64,000 nucleotides of DNA from Blepharisma stoltei ATCC 30299 (Eukaryota > Protista > Ciliophora), in the NCBI GenBank assembly GCA_965603825.1, contig CBFDEM010000013.1, positions 620,001 through 684,000 of the forward strand. The letters run 5' to 3'. A program made the translations under genes and the position numbers. Position 1 is the stretch's first letter. Each line of letters starts with the position of its first letter. Under the pieces are notes generated by a model. It worked only from the letters and a program-made list of their open reading frames with translations, searched no databases and was not told where the DNA came from. Below, piece by piece: positions 49,203-61,764 of this stretch.

Positions 49203-51542
49203 ATGGAAGTCCTTCAACCGGCTACTCGTCCAAACTACTGTCGCCTAGGAACACAAATTCCTCTCTTCGGCAACTTTTTCAAATTCAATCTAGCTTCAGG
49301 CACTGACATAATACAAAAATACGCGGTCTTTTTCAACCCAGACATCGCCGCATCGCTTGGCAAGCATCGTGAAAAAGTTTTACGTAAGGCAAGTTCTCAA
49401 ATTGTCCCAGTCATTGGAAAGTATGTGTTTGCAAATACAGCTATCTATGCAGCTCAGTCCAACTCAGGAGGAGGGGATGCAAGCCAAACTTACACTGTTA
49501 ACTATGATAACACAGATTACACCATTACTCTTCAACCTGTAGGACGGGTTGAAAGTCAAGAAGAAACGAGACATTTCTATAACAAATTTTTTAACTCTGT
49601 ACAAGGAAAGCTCAGCTTAGTCATGATAGGGAGGAAGTTTTATAACCCTGATAGGGCTATTGACTTGCCTCAACATAAAATGAGCATTTGGCCTGGATAC
49701 GCTTCTTCTGTAGGAGGCTATGAAGGCGGAGTAATGATAAACATTGATATATCGCACAGGTGCTTAAGGACTATTACTCTCTACGATCAAATTATGGAGC
49801 TTAAAAACAAGCCAAACACTGATTTTAGACAAGCTGTTATGAAGCTACTGATTGGGTCTATTGTATTGACACTTTATAATAAGAAAAATTACAGAGTTGA
49901 TGATATTGATTGGGACTCAAGCCCACTTAGCTCATTTGCTGATAGAACCGGCGGACAATGTACCTATAAAGACTATTATGAAAGAAGATGGCAAAAGCCA
50001 ATTCAACATGACGACCAGCCACTCCTCCTGTCAAAAACCAAAACTGTGGACTGCTACTTGATTCCTGAATTCTGTGTCATGACAGGGCTCACTGATGAAA
50101 TCAGAGCTGACTTCAACATCATGAAAGACATGGCCAACGCAACCAAAAAAGAACCCCAAAGCAGGCTTCAAGAGTCAGGCGGCCTTATAAAAGCGCTCAA
50201 AGACAATCCAAGAACTAATGCCGAAATCAATGAATGGAGGGTCAACATCACCCCGGACCCAGCTGCCTTTGATGGCTTTGTGCTGCCTGCTGGGAGCATC
50301 ATGATGGGTGGCGGGAATTCATTCAAAATAAATGAACAGAACGGAAGCTTTGACCGTGAAGTCCAAAACACAATGTTCCAGCAGCCTCCATTGGACCGCT
50401 GGGGTATTTTTTACTGCGAAAATGATAAAAGACTAATTGATCAGTTCATGACTGTTCTACAACAAGTTATTGGGACTTATAAAGTCAACTGTCAAAAGCC
50501 TATGATGTTTGGAGTGAAAACTGATAGATGGAATGATTGGGATCAAAAGCTTAAAGAATGCTTAAACCCACAAGTGCAGATGATTGTGTGCATATTGCCA
50601 GGGGCAAGAGGCAAGTCAAGGCTTTATGATGATCTTAAAAGACTTACGTTTTCACAGCTTCCTGTCCCGAGCCAGTGCATTTTAAACGCTACTTTGAAAA
50701 AAGATAAGGGTCTAAGATCTGTTGTTAACAAAGTAATGATGCAAATAAACGCCAAAGCTGGAGGAATTCCATGGGCAATGCAAGGATTACCTTTAACAGA
50801 CCAACCTACTATGATAGTTGGAATCGATATATTCTCCAAAAGAAATTCCCATAGTGTTCTTGGCTTTTGTGCAACTACAGACAGCAACTTTGGCAGATAC
50901 GTGTCTTGTCCTAAAGTAAATAACCCCGGTGAAGACCCCACAACCAAAATTGCTGAATGCACTTATCAAGCTTTATCCCAATTCAAAGCAGAAAACGGAA
51001 TCTTCCCCAAAAGAATTTGTGTATTTCGAGACGGAGTATCCGATTCTCAAATAAAAGTCCTCTTAAACGGTGAAATCCCTCAAATGAAGCAAGCTTTCAA
51101 AAGGCTCCAAGACGAAAACGTAATGCAAGAAGAGCCAAAACTCATATTTGTAGTGGTAAATAAACGCATTAATGCAAGATTTTACCATAATCAAGGAGGC
51201 AGGGTCAATAACCCACCACTTGGGACATGCATTGATAGATTGGTAGTTGATAAAGCTGGCTACGATTTCTATATCATGCCAGCTAAAGCTACACAAGGTG
51301 CAATGACCCCAACTTACTTCACTGTTGTTTATGACAACTCTGGAGCAAGAGCTGAAGAAGTAGAGCAACTGGCCTATAGATTATGCTACTCGTATTATAA
51401 CTGGAGTGGATCTATCAGAGTTCCAGCTCCTTGCCAGTATGCACACAAGCTTGCATATCAGTATGGAGAAAGAGCAAACCAGCAGGGACCTCCAATTCCT
51501 CATCAGCATTGGCAAAATACAAGGTCACTATACTTCTTATAA
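49203..51542 (+). CDS. Piwi-clade Argonaute (PAZ-MID-PIWI), 779 aa
   Basis: IWPGY, YNKKNYRVDDIDW, LIPEFC..TGL, QINAKAGG.PW, VGID, FRDGV, YYNWSGSIRVPAPCQYAHKLA and terminal LYFL motifs. Confidence 0.96.
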   Translation: MEVLQPATRPNYCRLGTQIPLFGNFFKFNLASGTDIIQKYAVFFNPDIAASLGKHREKVLRKASSQIVPVIGKYVFANTAIYAAQSNSGGGDASQTYTVNYDNTDYTITLQPVGRVESQEETRHFYNKFFNSVQGKLSLVMIGRKFYNPDRAIDLPQHKMSIWPGYASSVGGYEGGVMINIDISHRCLRTITLYDQIMELKNKPNTDFRQAVMKLLIGSIVLTLYNKKNYRVDDIDWDSSPLSSFADRTGGQCTYKDYYERRWQKPIQHDDQPLLLSKTKTVDCYLIPEFCVMTGLTDEIRADFNIMKDMANATKKEPQSRLQESGGLIKALKDNPRTNAEINEWRVNITPDPAAFDGFVLPAGSIMMGGGNSFKINEQNGSFDREVQNTMFQQPPLDRWGIFYCENDKRLIDQFMTVLQQVIGTYKVNCQKPMMFGVKTDRWNDWDQKLKECLNPQVQMIVCILPGARGKSRLYDDLKRLTFSQLPVPSQCILNATLKKDKGLRSVVNKVMMQINAKAGGIPWAMQGLPLTDQPTMIVGIDIFSKRNSHSVLGFCATTDSNFGRYVSCPKVNNPGEDPTTKIAECTYQALSQFKAENGIFPKRICVFRDGVSDSQIKVLLNGEIPQMKQAFKRLQDENVMQEEPKLIFVVVNKRINARFYHNQGGRVNNPPLGTCIDRLVVDKAGYDFYIMPAKATQGAMTPTYFTVVYDNSGARAEEVEQLAYRLCYSYYNWSGSIRVPAPCQYAHKLAYQYGERANQQGPPIPHQHWQNTRSLYFL

Positions 51543-51581
51543 TTAAAAAATTTTTGCTTTTAAATTTAGTTTATAATAAAT

Positions 51582-52052
51582 ATGACTACACCTTCAAGAA
51601 GGCGTCTTATGAGAGATCTCAAAAAATTGCAAACTGATCCGATCCCAGGGATTTCTGCAGCTCCTAGCAATGATAATATTATGCTTTGGAACGCTGTTAT
51701 TTTTGGTCCTGAAGATACCCCTTGGGAAGGAGGTACATTTAAATTGACGATTGAATTTTCTGAAGAGTTCCCAAACAAGGCCCCTTTAGTAAGGTTCCAA
51801 ACCAGAATGTTTCATCCTAATAGTAATTCCTAAGCAGTTTACAATGATGGCACTATTTGTTTAGATATTTTACAGAATCAGTGGTCTCCGATTTATGACG
51901 TTCAAGCTATTTTGACTTCAATTCAAAGTTTGCTTTGCGATCCAAACCCAAACTCCCCAGCAAATAGTGAAGCTTCAAGAATATACGTTGACAACCCTCG
52001 GGAATACAATAGAAGAGTCAGAGAAGTTGTCGAAGACAGCTGGTGCTCTTAG
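51582..52052 (+). CDS. UBC2: Ubiquitin-conjugating enzyme Rad6/UBC2; one intron
   Basis: [12 protein letters not shown]...FHPN|[22 protein letters not shown]...[11 protein letters not shown]; TAG at 52050-52052. Confidence 0.95.
51823..51837 (+). other. 15-nt intron GTAATTCCTAAGCAG (phase 1)
   Basis: Removal restores HPNIYxxGxICL with exact spacing. Confidence 0.95.
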
Positions 52053-52067
52053 TAATAGCTAATAAAT

Positions 52068-52505
52068 ATGAAAGTATCTTTAGTGTATCTTCTTATACTT
52101 CTTTTAGCCCTAGCTTGCAACGATGATCAAGTGCAAACTGACTCTGGATGTGTTAGTAAGTGTAAGAATGCGTTTTACAATATCACAGCAGGAGCTTGTC
52201 AATCTTATAAAACTTGCTCAGCAGGAATGGTATTAAATGAGACCAGCAATAGCTGTGAAAAAGACTGCGGGCATGGATATTTAAACGGAACTCAGTGTGT
52301 CTGCGATGTAGACTGGGCTCTGGAGAATGGAATTTGCTCAGAAGAAAATAGTGATTATAATTACAGCAGTGAGCTATTACTAAATTTGAATTGGTTTTAT
52401 TGAGCAATTATAATAGAACTCCTGATGTGTATTATAGTGAACATTTATTTTTATTGCTCATATAAAAGAAAAAGTAAACGAAAGTTTCCATTAACTAAAG
52501 TCTAA
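52068..52505 (+). CDS. Small type I membrane protein with Cys-rich (EGF-like) ectodomain (145 aa)
   Basis: Signal peptide and Cys repeats; reading TGA 52401 as Trp adds a TM helix (WFYWAIIIELLMCIIVNIYFYC) and a basic stop-transfer tail. Confidence 0.8.
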
Positions 52506-52538
52506 TTAGTTAATATTAATTTTGATAAATTTGTACAC

Positions 52539-53879
52539 TTAAGTAACTAGAGTTTTGAGCCTTGAAAAGAGATTTGCAAATTTATTTTGAGAAGGCTGAG
52601 ATTGCACGCCTTGAGATAGAGGCTTCATTTTTTGAGACATTTTGAAAAATAAAGAGACTGAGCTTTTTTTGGGAGCTTGCTCAGATTTCGAAATCCAAGG
52701 AAATTCCAATGCTTCTTGGGCATTCGGCCTGTTGTCAGGATTATTTGAAGTTAGTTTTCTTATGGTGTCTATCCCCTGTTTTGATATTGATTTCAGCCTT
52801 TGCTCTTTGAAATTAATCGTATTATTTCGATTTTGAATCAAAACAACAGTTTTTGAACCTAGACTTGAGCCTGTGAACGGCGATTTTCCTGTAAGCAGAT
52901 GATATAGCAAAATTCCTACGCTATATATATCAGCTTTAAAGTCATATTTTTCTTTTCTAAGGATTTCAGGCGCAATGTATCCAGGGGTTCCGCATCTTGA
53001 GCCGCTTAATTCTTCTAATTCGCAAGCAAGCCCAAAATCACAAATTTTAAAATCATTTGGATCTTCTTTTGACATAAATAAAATATTTTCAAGCTTAATA
53101 TCTCTATGAATAATATTTTGAGAATGCATGTAATTTATGGCAAAAAGAAGATTTTCCAAAAAACTTGCAGCTTGATCTTCACTCATGGGGCCATTATTTT
53201 CTATTTTTTCTCTCAAATTCCCATCTGCCGCGTAATCAAATACCATATGAATATCAGTTGCACTCTCATAAACCTTATAAAGTGAAATAATGTTCGGATG
53301 ATTTAGCTTTCTCATCGTATTTATTTCATTACTGATCGCTGATATCCCTCTTTTTGACTTAGCTATTAATTCTTTAGAAATTGATTTAACCGCAAATTCA
53401 TCTCCGGTTGAATTTTCAATAGCTAAAAAAACAGTTCCATAATTCCCTTTTCCAATTTCCTTAATAATGCTATAGTCATTTTCAAAATCTGATAAAATCG
53501 AGACTCCGTCTAAATGTATCAGTCATTTCTCCAGTTCTTCTTCATCTTCAGTATAAAAGTCTTGAAAATAATTCCTTGAGCTGATTCGGAAACCAAATCT
53601 GGTTTCTTTTCCATTTTCTTCTGAGAAAGGTGTAACTGTTTTCCAGCTGATTGAAGAAAACATGACGGGACAATCATTTTCATGATAATAAATGCAAGTA
53701 GTGGTCAAAGAAAAAAAGGTTTCAAGCCACTCATGGTCAGAATTTCAGAGTTTAAGCGAGCCTTCGAAAACTGAGTTTTGGTCAATATCATTTGATGTTC
53801 TAGAGATGTCTTTCACTTTCTGCCAAAATTTGTTGGATTTACTGGCGTTTTCGTCGATTTCTGAGAAAATCGAATCCAT
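52539..53879 (-). CDS. PH-like + CAMK-type Ser/Thr kinase (446 aa, 2 TGA-Trp)
   Basis: ATG 53879; TGAs 53745 and 53523 (ELEK-W-L); IGKGNYGTV, HRDIKLEN, DFG and CGTPGYIAPE motifs. Confidence 0.88.
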
Positions 53880-54142
53880 TAAAATTTATGTTAAAACAAG
53901 CCATTGTTAAAGAATTTAATAATTTATTATACGATGAACGGAATCTAAATTTAAAATAAAAGAAAGTAGTTTGGAAGTAAACCATTTTATAATGGTGAAA
54001 TAAAAGAGCAATGGCTTTAAAAGTTTTTATGTTTGAAATATAAAAAATTATAAATTGATGGTTAAGTTTACCATAAAGCTAAAAAAACAATATGTTTAAA
54101 AGTACCGATATTATAATTAATATAAAAAGTCATCATAAATGT

Positions 54143-55244
<1,102 letters not shown>

Positions 55245-55635
55245 AATATATTATTTGTAAGATGCTGATCATAAATGAAATTTCTTAAGTTATCAGGAAT
55301 TTCTGGTATATCACAATAATTACAGTATAAATACATTGGTCTCTAAATAGCTATTTTAGAAACTTAGTGCCATTATCTTTAAAAAATTAAATGTGAATTT
55401 TAGAGGACCGAATGACGCTTTCAATTTACATATCATTAAATTTTTAAAAATGTACTTTTAACGGAATTATGTGCAATATTAAAATTATTATAAATTCATA
55501 TAACTTTAAAATAATTCGTGCTTTCAGATAAAATAAAATTAATTTTATTTAGGTTTTTAACCATAGTATTTAAAAATTATGATACTTAAAATCAACCGCT
55601 ATAAATTTCTATGTAAATTGAGATTAGATAATTAT

Positions 55636-57436
55636 CTAAAAGCCGAAATCAAGAATGACCTTAACAGGCAAATCACTCTTTTTTAAATCGGTTGCAATAT
55701 GATATTCACTCGCAGATACTTTAGTTAGCTCCCAACTTTCTGTATCGAAAGGTCTCCCATCTTTAGGACTTATCTGGAAATTTTTCTTGCTAAGATCACG
55801 CTCCAAATCATTCGCAAAAGTAACTACAACAACTCCATTGTTGAACTTAAGTTTATACCCCACAGTAGCATTATAGCAAGACGCAGAGCCTTGAGAGAGT
55901 TCGCTTCCACACCTATAGCATTGAGGATCACTAGTACAAGTGTTGCAGCTTTCAGCGCAAGCTAAATAAAAATTACTTGTGCAAGTTACTTTGGACCCAT
56001 CATTATACTCGAATTTTCCTTTTTCACAAACACAAGATCCATCGACCAAGGCAAAGGTATCAGCACAAGAGGAACATGAAGACTTGTCACAAATGGTGCA
56101 GCCTTCAGGGCAATCTAAATAAATTGTACGTTCACAAGAGCCTTCTGCATTGTAAAATCCATCATTGCACTTACAAATTGTATCAGATGGGGATGCATTT
56201 GGGTCTTTACAAGAACTGCAGATTCCATTTGAACAGTCATTGCAGGTAGGATCACAAGCTGATTATAAATTACGTGTGCAAGAAAATGAACTAGAGTCAA
56301 TCGAGGTAGCGTAGTAGCCGCTATTGCAGCTGCAAGATCCATCTGTTTGAGGACTTGCATTTTCGTCTTTACAGCTTTGGCAATTGGTATCTGAGGTGCA
56401 TTTGCTGCAGCCATTTCCGCAAGCTAAATTATATTTTACCATTGCAAAGGGCAGCTTTTTGAACTGAATCTGGATAAAACCCATCATTGCAAGAGCAAAC
56501 TCCATCTTGAGCTAATGCATTTTGATCTATACAACTTGTGCAATGTTGTTTGGCAGAACATTCTAAACAGGTTGAGTTGCATAAGCCAGGGAAGACTGTA
56601 TTATCTGCTGGATAAAAGCATGTGGTGTCAAGGCACCCTTGTAGTGGATGACAAAATGAGCAGCTACAATCCTTTGAGTATGCTGGCTCCTCGAAGCCAT
56701 CATTATCAATTCCAATTATATTAGGGACATCATTTTCTACGTCTAGTCCACTATAAACCAAGAACTCATAAATGAATCCATTAAAACTGTTAATACCATC
56801 AATCCCACTATCTCCTAGCACAATATTTCCATCAGGAAGATCGTGTGGATCACTTCCTTCATCTTCCCATGTAATCCAAGCTGAAGGGGTGCTTCCCTTA
56901 TTAGGCAAATAAATACTCCATTTGTGAGGATCCACTGTCAAATCCCATTGCATTGCTATTAAGTACCATGATCCTATATAAAAACTACCATCATCAAATG
57001 TAAGTTCAGTCTCTTTTTTACTAGAGCCATCTGATTTTCCAAATATGACACTTGCTCCGTCTCTTCTTACATACCAGGTTGAGCCAGTGGTTTCAGATGG
57101 GAGAAAAGTAATGATGTTCCCTTTTGTTGAATCTGCAGGATAAAACCAAAAGTGGGCTGCTAAGCCACCGTTATCAACAGCATATTGGCCAATATCTGTG
57201 GTATATGAGGATTGACCTGAAAAATAGGAGCTGATGCATCCCATCACTGGTACTGGGTCAGATGGTGTTAAGGCGTCTAAACCATTTTCATTTTGATTAG
57301 GGATATTCCCGTCTGAGTCTTCATAATCTGATGTTAAAGTATAGCGTGCTTGAGGCTCAAATGCTGCTACTAAATTAAGCCCTGGGCTGGCACATAGAAT
57401 TAAGAGAAAGATTTTGAATAAATTTCGCACAGCCAT
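55636..57436 (-). CDS. Secreted or surface protein: LamG/concanavalin-like domain + furin/EGF-like Cys repeats; 4-5 introns
   Basis: Signal peptide from ATG 57436; AHFWFYP / WYLIAMQWD / FNGFIYEF beta-sandwich pattern; C..C..C...CxCxxGFY repeats joined through tiny introns; TAG at 55636. Confidence 0.8.
55962..55976 (-). other. 15-nt intron GTAATTTTTATTTAG (phase 1, no stop)
   Basis: Matches the consensus and lies at the same CxxC module junction as neighbouring introns. Confidence 0.8.
56115..56129 (-). other. 15-nt intron GTACAATTTATTTAG (phase 1, no stop)
   Basis: Matches the consensus; removal restores C-E-H-C spacing. Confidence 0.8.
56259..56273 (-). other. 15-nt intron GTAATTTATAATCAG (phase 1)
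   Basis: Removes an in-frame TAA and restores C-T-P-C. Confidence 0.88.
56424..56439 (-). other. 16-nt intron GTAAAATATAATTTAG (phase 1)
   Basis: Corrects the frame change between listed ORFs and restores C-N-A-C. Confidence 0.88.
56974..56988 (-). other. Candidate stopless 15-nt intron GTAGTTTTTATATAG
   Basis: Consensus match only (GT, A at -6, TAG); the frame is open either way. Confidence 0.55.
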
Positions 57437-57918
57437 GAATTTATATTTTATAATTGACAAGATTTTTGAATTATTTGATAGATTTATTCTTAAATTAAAG
57501 AAGATGGCTGAATCATCAATTCATGAAAGCAAATAAATTCATAGCCTTTGTTGAAAGGAAACTATAAAATTTGAATTTTAACGCTAACAAGTAGACCTTA
57601 TAAGTTTTTGATAATCCATATTTAGCACGATTAAACTGAATTGAGAATTATCTATCAATAGAATAATAAAGATTAAATAGAGATTATTTATTAGGTTAAA
57701 CTTATCATTAAATTACCTTACTTTACGCACCTATTATTTTGATTGCAATAAATCTTTTTCTCTTTAAACATCAATTTTAGTTTCTGAAATCGAAACTTTA
57801 ATGACCATTTTGCTTCACATAAAATTCAAAAAAATAATAAATTCAAATAATCATGAAAATTAATTAAATAAATCCACCATATCTCAATCCTTTTGCTCAA
57901 TAAATTAATAAAAATTAA

Positions 57919-58629
57919 TTATACTTTAGTCATAAAGATTTTGTCAAATTCTTTCTCAAAATATAAAATCTATATATTTTTTACCGTTGGTGTGTCTTGG
58001 CTTATTACTCTGATCACCTGCAAAGTCGACGTCGTTTCTTCAAGATGTTCAATAATTGCTTTTAACATTATTTCCGCACATTGTTCTCTTGGAAAATTAA
58101 AAATCCCACAGGAAATGGCTGGCAAGGAAATCGACCTTGAGTTCATTTTTACTGCTTTAGTAAGGATATTGTGAATAGTCTTCAGTAATAGATCAGTTTC
58201 CCCTTGTTTGCCATCAGCATAAATAGGCCCGACAGCATGAAAAAGATGTTGGCATGACAAATGTCCTGGATTTGTCCTGATAACATCCCCTATTTTCAGA
58301 CCTTTGTGTGAAACGTCATTAGAATGGCTTTTCAAAGAGCTGATTGAAGAGTTCTTTCTTCTCAGAATATCAGTTCTTTTTCGCTCCTTTAAAAGCTTCT
58401 TGTGGAGGTGATCATTGCACTCCCTCTGAATGCTAATTCCGCCATGTCGCAAAATGCTAGCGGAGCCACACATGGTGAGCCAACAATTGGTGGAATTTAC
58501 AATTATATCTACGCTGTCATAAGCGATATCGCCTTGGACGATCTCGATATAGGTTTTGTTAACACAAGTTTTCCGCTTAAGTGAAAATTCAGGTGTATGA
58601 GTTCTTTGATTTGAACAGCAAAGTCCCAT
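57919..58629 (-). CDS. Macrodomain protein with an MGLCC N-terminus; one intron
   Basis: IVQGDI, IVNSTN, HAVGP and SLPAISCGIFNFP motifs; intron 57970-57984 adds the helix ILYFEKEFDKIFMTKV*. Confidence 0.85.
57970..57984 (-). other. 15-nt intron GTAAAAAATATATAG (phase 0)
   Basis: Matches the consensus; removal supplies the terminal macrodomain helix. Confidence 0.72.
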
Positions 58630-58911
58630 TTCTTCGTAAAAAACTAATTATGTCATATCTTGGATTAGCTTATAAATACAATTTATTAGGGAAAATATAG
58701 ATTTCTTATGAAATATGTGAAAATAGGTGGAAATTATTACTATGGCCCATTAAAATTAATAATTTTATTTGCTTTGAGAGTCTAGATCTGGCTTCAAAAT
58801 ATCATTGATATTAGATTTAAATTTCAAAAAAATATATCAGATTCTAATAAATTATGCTATTAATGTGTTTAAATTCTTAAGTTATAAGGGGGCATATGTC
58901 TTCCTTACAAT

Positions 58912-59739
58912 CTAAACTAAACCTTCAATTATTTCTGGAAGCAAATATATTTGATTCCTTAATGCAAGAATTGCTAAATTAAGCTTACATAAAAAAGAAT
59001 AAAAAGAGCCAGAAATCCCCATTTCCCGTGCTATCTTTTTCAAGTATATTTTCCTAATTGGTATCAAATGATCTGTTAGTTTTTTTGTAGGCTTGACTAA
59101 TGCCTAAGTAAAAAATACTCCGAAACCATTTTCTTGATCTTTTAATGCTTCATTAATTTTGCCAATATAAGTGGAAAGCTCAGTCTTATTTTTTGCATAA
59201 GCAATTTGAAGTAAATACTTATATATTGATAAATCTTGTCTCAATTTTTGGAGATCAGGAATATTTTTGAGCATCACTTTACTCTTTTTTGCATAACATA
59301 AGGAATAAGCGACTTCATTAAGCACTTCATCAGATGAGGCAAAATATATATAAGGTTTTGGGTAAAAGATTGCATCTGTTCCATCTACTGCATTATTTTT
59401 AAGTATCTCACTAACAGCTTTATCAAGTTTTTTTTTATTAAATCTTGATACCACCACTCCTAAACTCGTATCTGAAACAAGCGTTTTATATCTCACATTA
59501 GCTGGATACATTTCTTCTAGTCTGCAATCTAACCAGGCTGCATCATCAAAGAAGCTTTTATATAAAATCCCAGATTTCGGGTTCTTAATAAAATTGTTGT
59601 CATAAAGGTGTTTGTCTGCTACAGCTCGATTTATCTTCATTGTTATATCATAGGATCTTGGGAAAAAATTTACTTTGAACAAAGGGAGCTCATATCCAAT
59701 AAAATCAAGTCTGAATAGATGAATAGGATTATTAAGCAT
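58912..59739 (-). CDS. Hypothetical protein; one probable and one candidate intron
   Basis: ATG 59739; the listed TAG is the end of a consensus intron (59104-59118), after which the frame stays open for 63 codons to TAG 58912. A second candidate intron, GTAAGCTTAATTTAG, lies at 58974-58988. Confidence 0.55.
59104..59118 (-). other. 15-nt intron GTATTTTTTACTTAG (phase 0)
   Basis: Matches the consensus, with an open frame downstream. Confidence 0.68.
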
Positions 59740-60077
59740 CAATAATTTAAATGAATAATATGCATGGCTAAAGGATAACTTTTATTAAATAATGTATTTA
59801 CCTTTATATAATAATACTAAAAGTGGTGATCATTTTGGAAGTCTTTGAGTTCTAAGTTAAATCTTTCAATTTATTTGCCAAGGAGCAAATTACAAGATTG
59901 CTCTATTCAAATTTTATGGTAAAATATTTTTACAATGCATATCAAATGCAAAATTAAATAGATTTGCATTTACGGACTAGTATATTATATTATTATCTCA
60001 TTATATTGAATAAATATTTAGCTTTGCCTAATTAAAGCCAATTATTAATAATAAATTTAAATTAAAAGTAGTTTCAT

Positions 60078-60689
60078 TTATCCAATTAGCAGACACTTCC
60101 CAAAAAATCCAACTAAAATTCCAAGTATAAAAGCCACTATTACATAAAGATTTCAAAATCTCACCCCTTTTTTTCGCTTCCCTTTTCTTTTTCGTTTTTT
60201 CAACACTTTTCATGGTTCGATGCTTTCTAATACTTCATTTTTATCAGTTTCTGTATAAATTGTTTCGCTTCTACAAGTTCTAACGCTTTCCAAGTCTATG
60301 TTTATATCATCTGTATATGAATTTTTAAAGGCAACCCCTAATTTATGTACTTCAATATTTGGATCTTTTCAATCAATTTTGGCAAAATCCTCAGAAGTCA
60401 CACATTTAGCTAGGACAAGAAATTTATGTCTACGCGTATTCACGTCAGAAATCGGTAAAAGTACAATCCTGACTTTAAGGCACGAGCATGGTGCAATAAA
60501 TCCTTTGGAAGGACAAACGTTGAAATCATATGGAGAAGTTGTTTTTAACTTGAAGGCTATTTTATATGAAGTGCTATTACTTAATGTGAGATTCGTAGTC
60601 ACTTTCTGGGGGCCTTGCTGGAAAATCAGCTTGTCTTTTGGAATAAGTTGAATTAATTCTCGAGATTTATTAAGTGTTTGCTCTGCCAT
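60078..60689 (-). CDS. VAP-like MSP-domain tail-anchored protein (203 aa, 3 TGA-Trp)
   Basis: IAFKLKTTSP..F.V.P..G.I.P and HKFLV MSP motifs; reading through TGAs 60369, 60210 and 60153 gives a C-terminal TM LYVIVAFILGILVGFF. Confidence 0.85.
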
Positions 60690-61094
60690 CTTAAGTAACT
60701 ATAAAAATCGATCAAATTGAAGTGCTTTACAAATTTCTGATTTTATTGCTTATTTAATTATATCAGTAAAAATTCCATTTTTACTAACGAAATATAATGA
60801 ATAGTGCTCTACTATAGAAGCCTTTAGTATAAAAATGTTTTAATTGAATTTTTATTAGTTTTTGGATTTTTTTAATTAGAATTAATAACAGTTTCCAATT
60901 TTTCTATTAAACTTTATTTATAATCAGCTAACAATAAAAGCATTAGTCTTTCAGTTTTAAGTATATAAATATTTAACTAATCTTAGATTTAAAATAATCC
61001 TAAAGAATAATACAAAGAACTATATAAAAAGCGAAATTTCCGAGCGGTGGGGAGATAAAAGTTTTTATTGCATTTTTGTTTATAAGAAATAAAA

Positions 61095-61688
61095 ATGATA
61101 ATAAGAATCATGCTATTACTAGGCTTTATAGTTTCAGCTCAAGAACTAAATATAACCACTTCTTTCACTGAATTAGAAGCTCAAGTTCTCGACATATTAG
61201 CAGATTTAACTGAAACTAGACAAGACTTAGAATATCAATTTGATGTTTTGGCAAAAATTTCCTTTAACCAGACAATTGCCAATATGATCCAAACAGTTAA
61301 AAATTATACAATAAAAACAAGGAGAACAAACAGCAAAATTAATAAAATAACCGATGTCGCCATTCTTGATGTATTTAACTCAGAACTTGAGAGGAAAAGA
61401 GACCTAGCAAACTCACAATTGAATGGAATTGAAAAGCACCTCGACAAAGGAACAATGACGAACAGGCTTGAAAAGATCATTGATTTCTGGTATAAGCGTT
61501 CCCAAGTCCCTGACAAAGACTTGGAAATTGTTGTCCAGATGGTTGAAAAAAAGGCTGGACAAATCCAATATTTATTAAAGAAAACTTATAGTTTAAACTG
61601 GATTTATATTCTGCTCGTCATTATTGCAGTCGGCGCTATCTTAATATTAAAAGGAGTAATACAAGCACAAAAAAGACATATATTCTAA
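61095..61688 (+). CDS. Type I membrane coiled-coil protein
   Basis: Signal peptide, helical lumenal part, TM WIYILLVIIAVGAILIL and a short tail KRHIF. Confidence 0.72.
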   Translation: MIIRIMLLLGFIVSAQELNITTSFTELEAQVLDILADLTETRQDLEYQFDVLAKISFNQTIANMIQTVKNYTIKTRRTNSKINKITDVAILDVFNSELERKRDLANSQLNGIEKHLDKGTMTNRLEKIIDFWYKRSQVPDKDLEIVVQMVEKKAGQIQYLLKKTYSLNWIYILLVIIAVGAILILKGVIQAQKRHIF

Positions 61689-61764
61689 CTAATTCTATAT
61701 TTGAATTCAAATAAAAACACCTTAAATTAGTGTAAATCTCGAATATTAACTATTCTTGAACACG

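Noticed and set aside
42929-51542. Argonaute plus helicase as a prokaryotic-type defence operon
   Set aside because: The genome is eukaryotic, the Argonaute is Piwi-clade, and the genes are on opposite strands separated by housekeeping genes.
60205-60225. GGTTCGA T-loop-like sequence suggesting a tRNA
   Set aside because: It lies inside the VAP CDS, and no cloverleaf stems are present.
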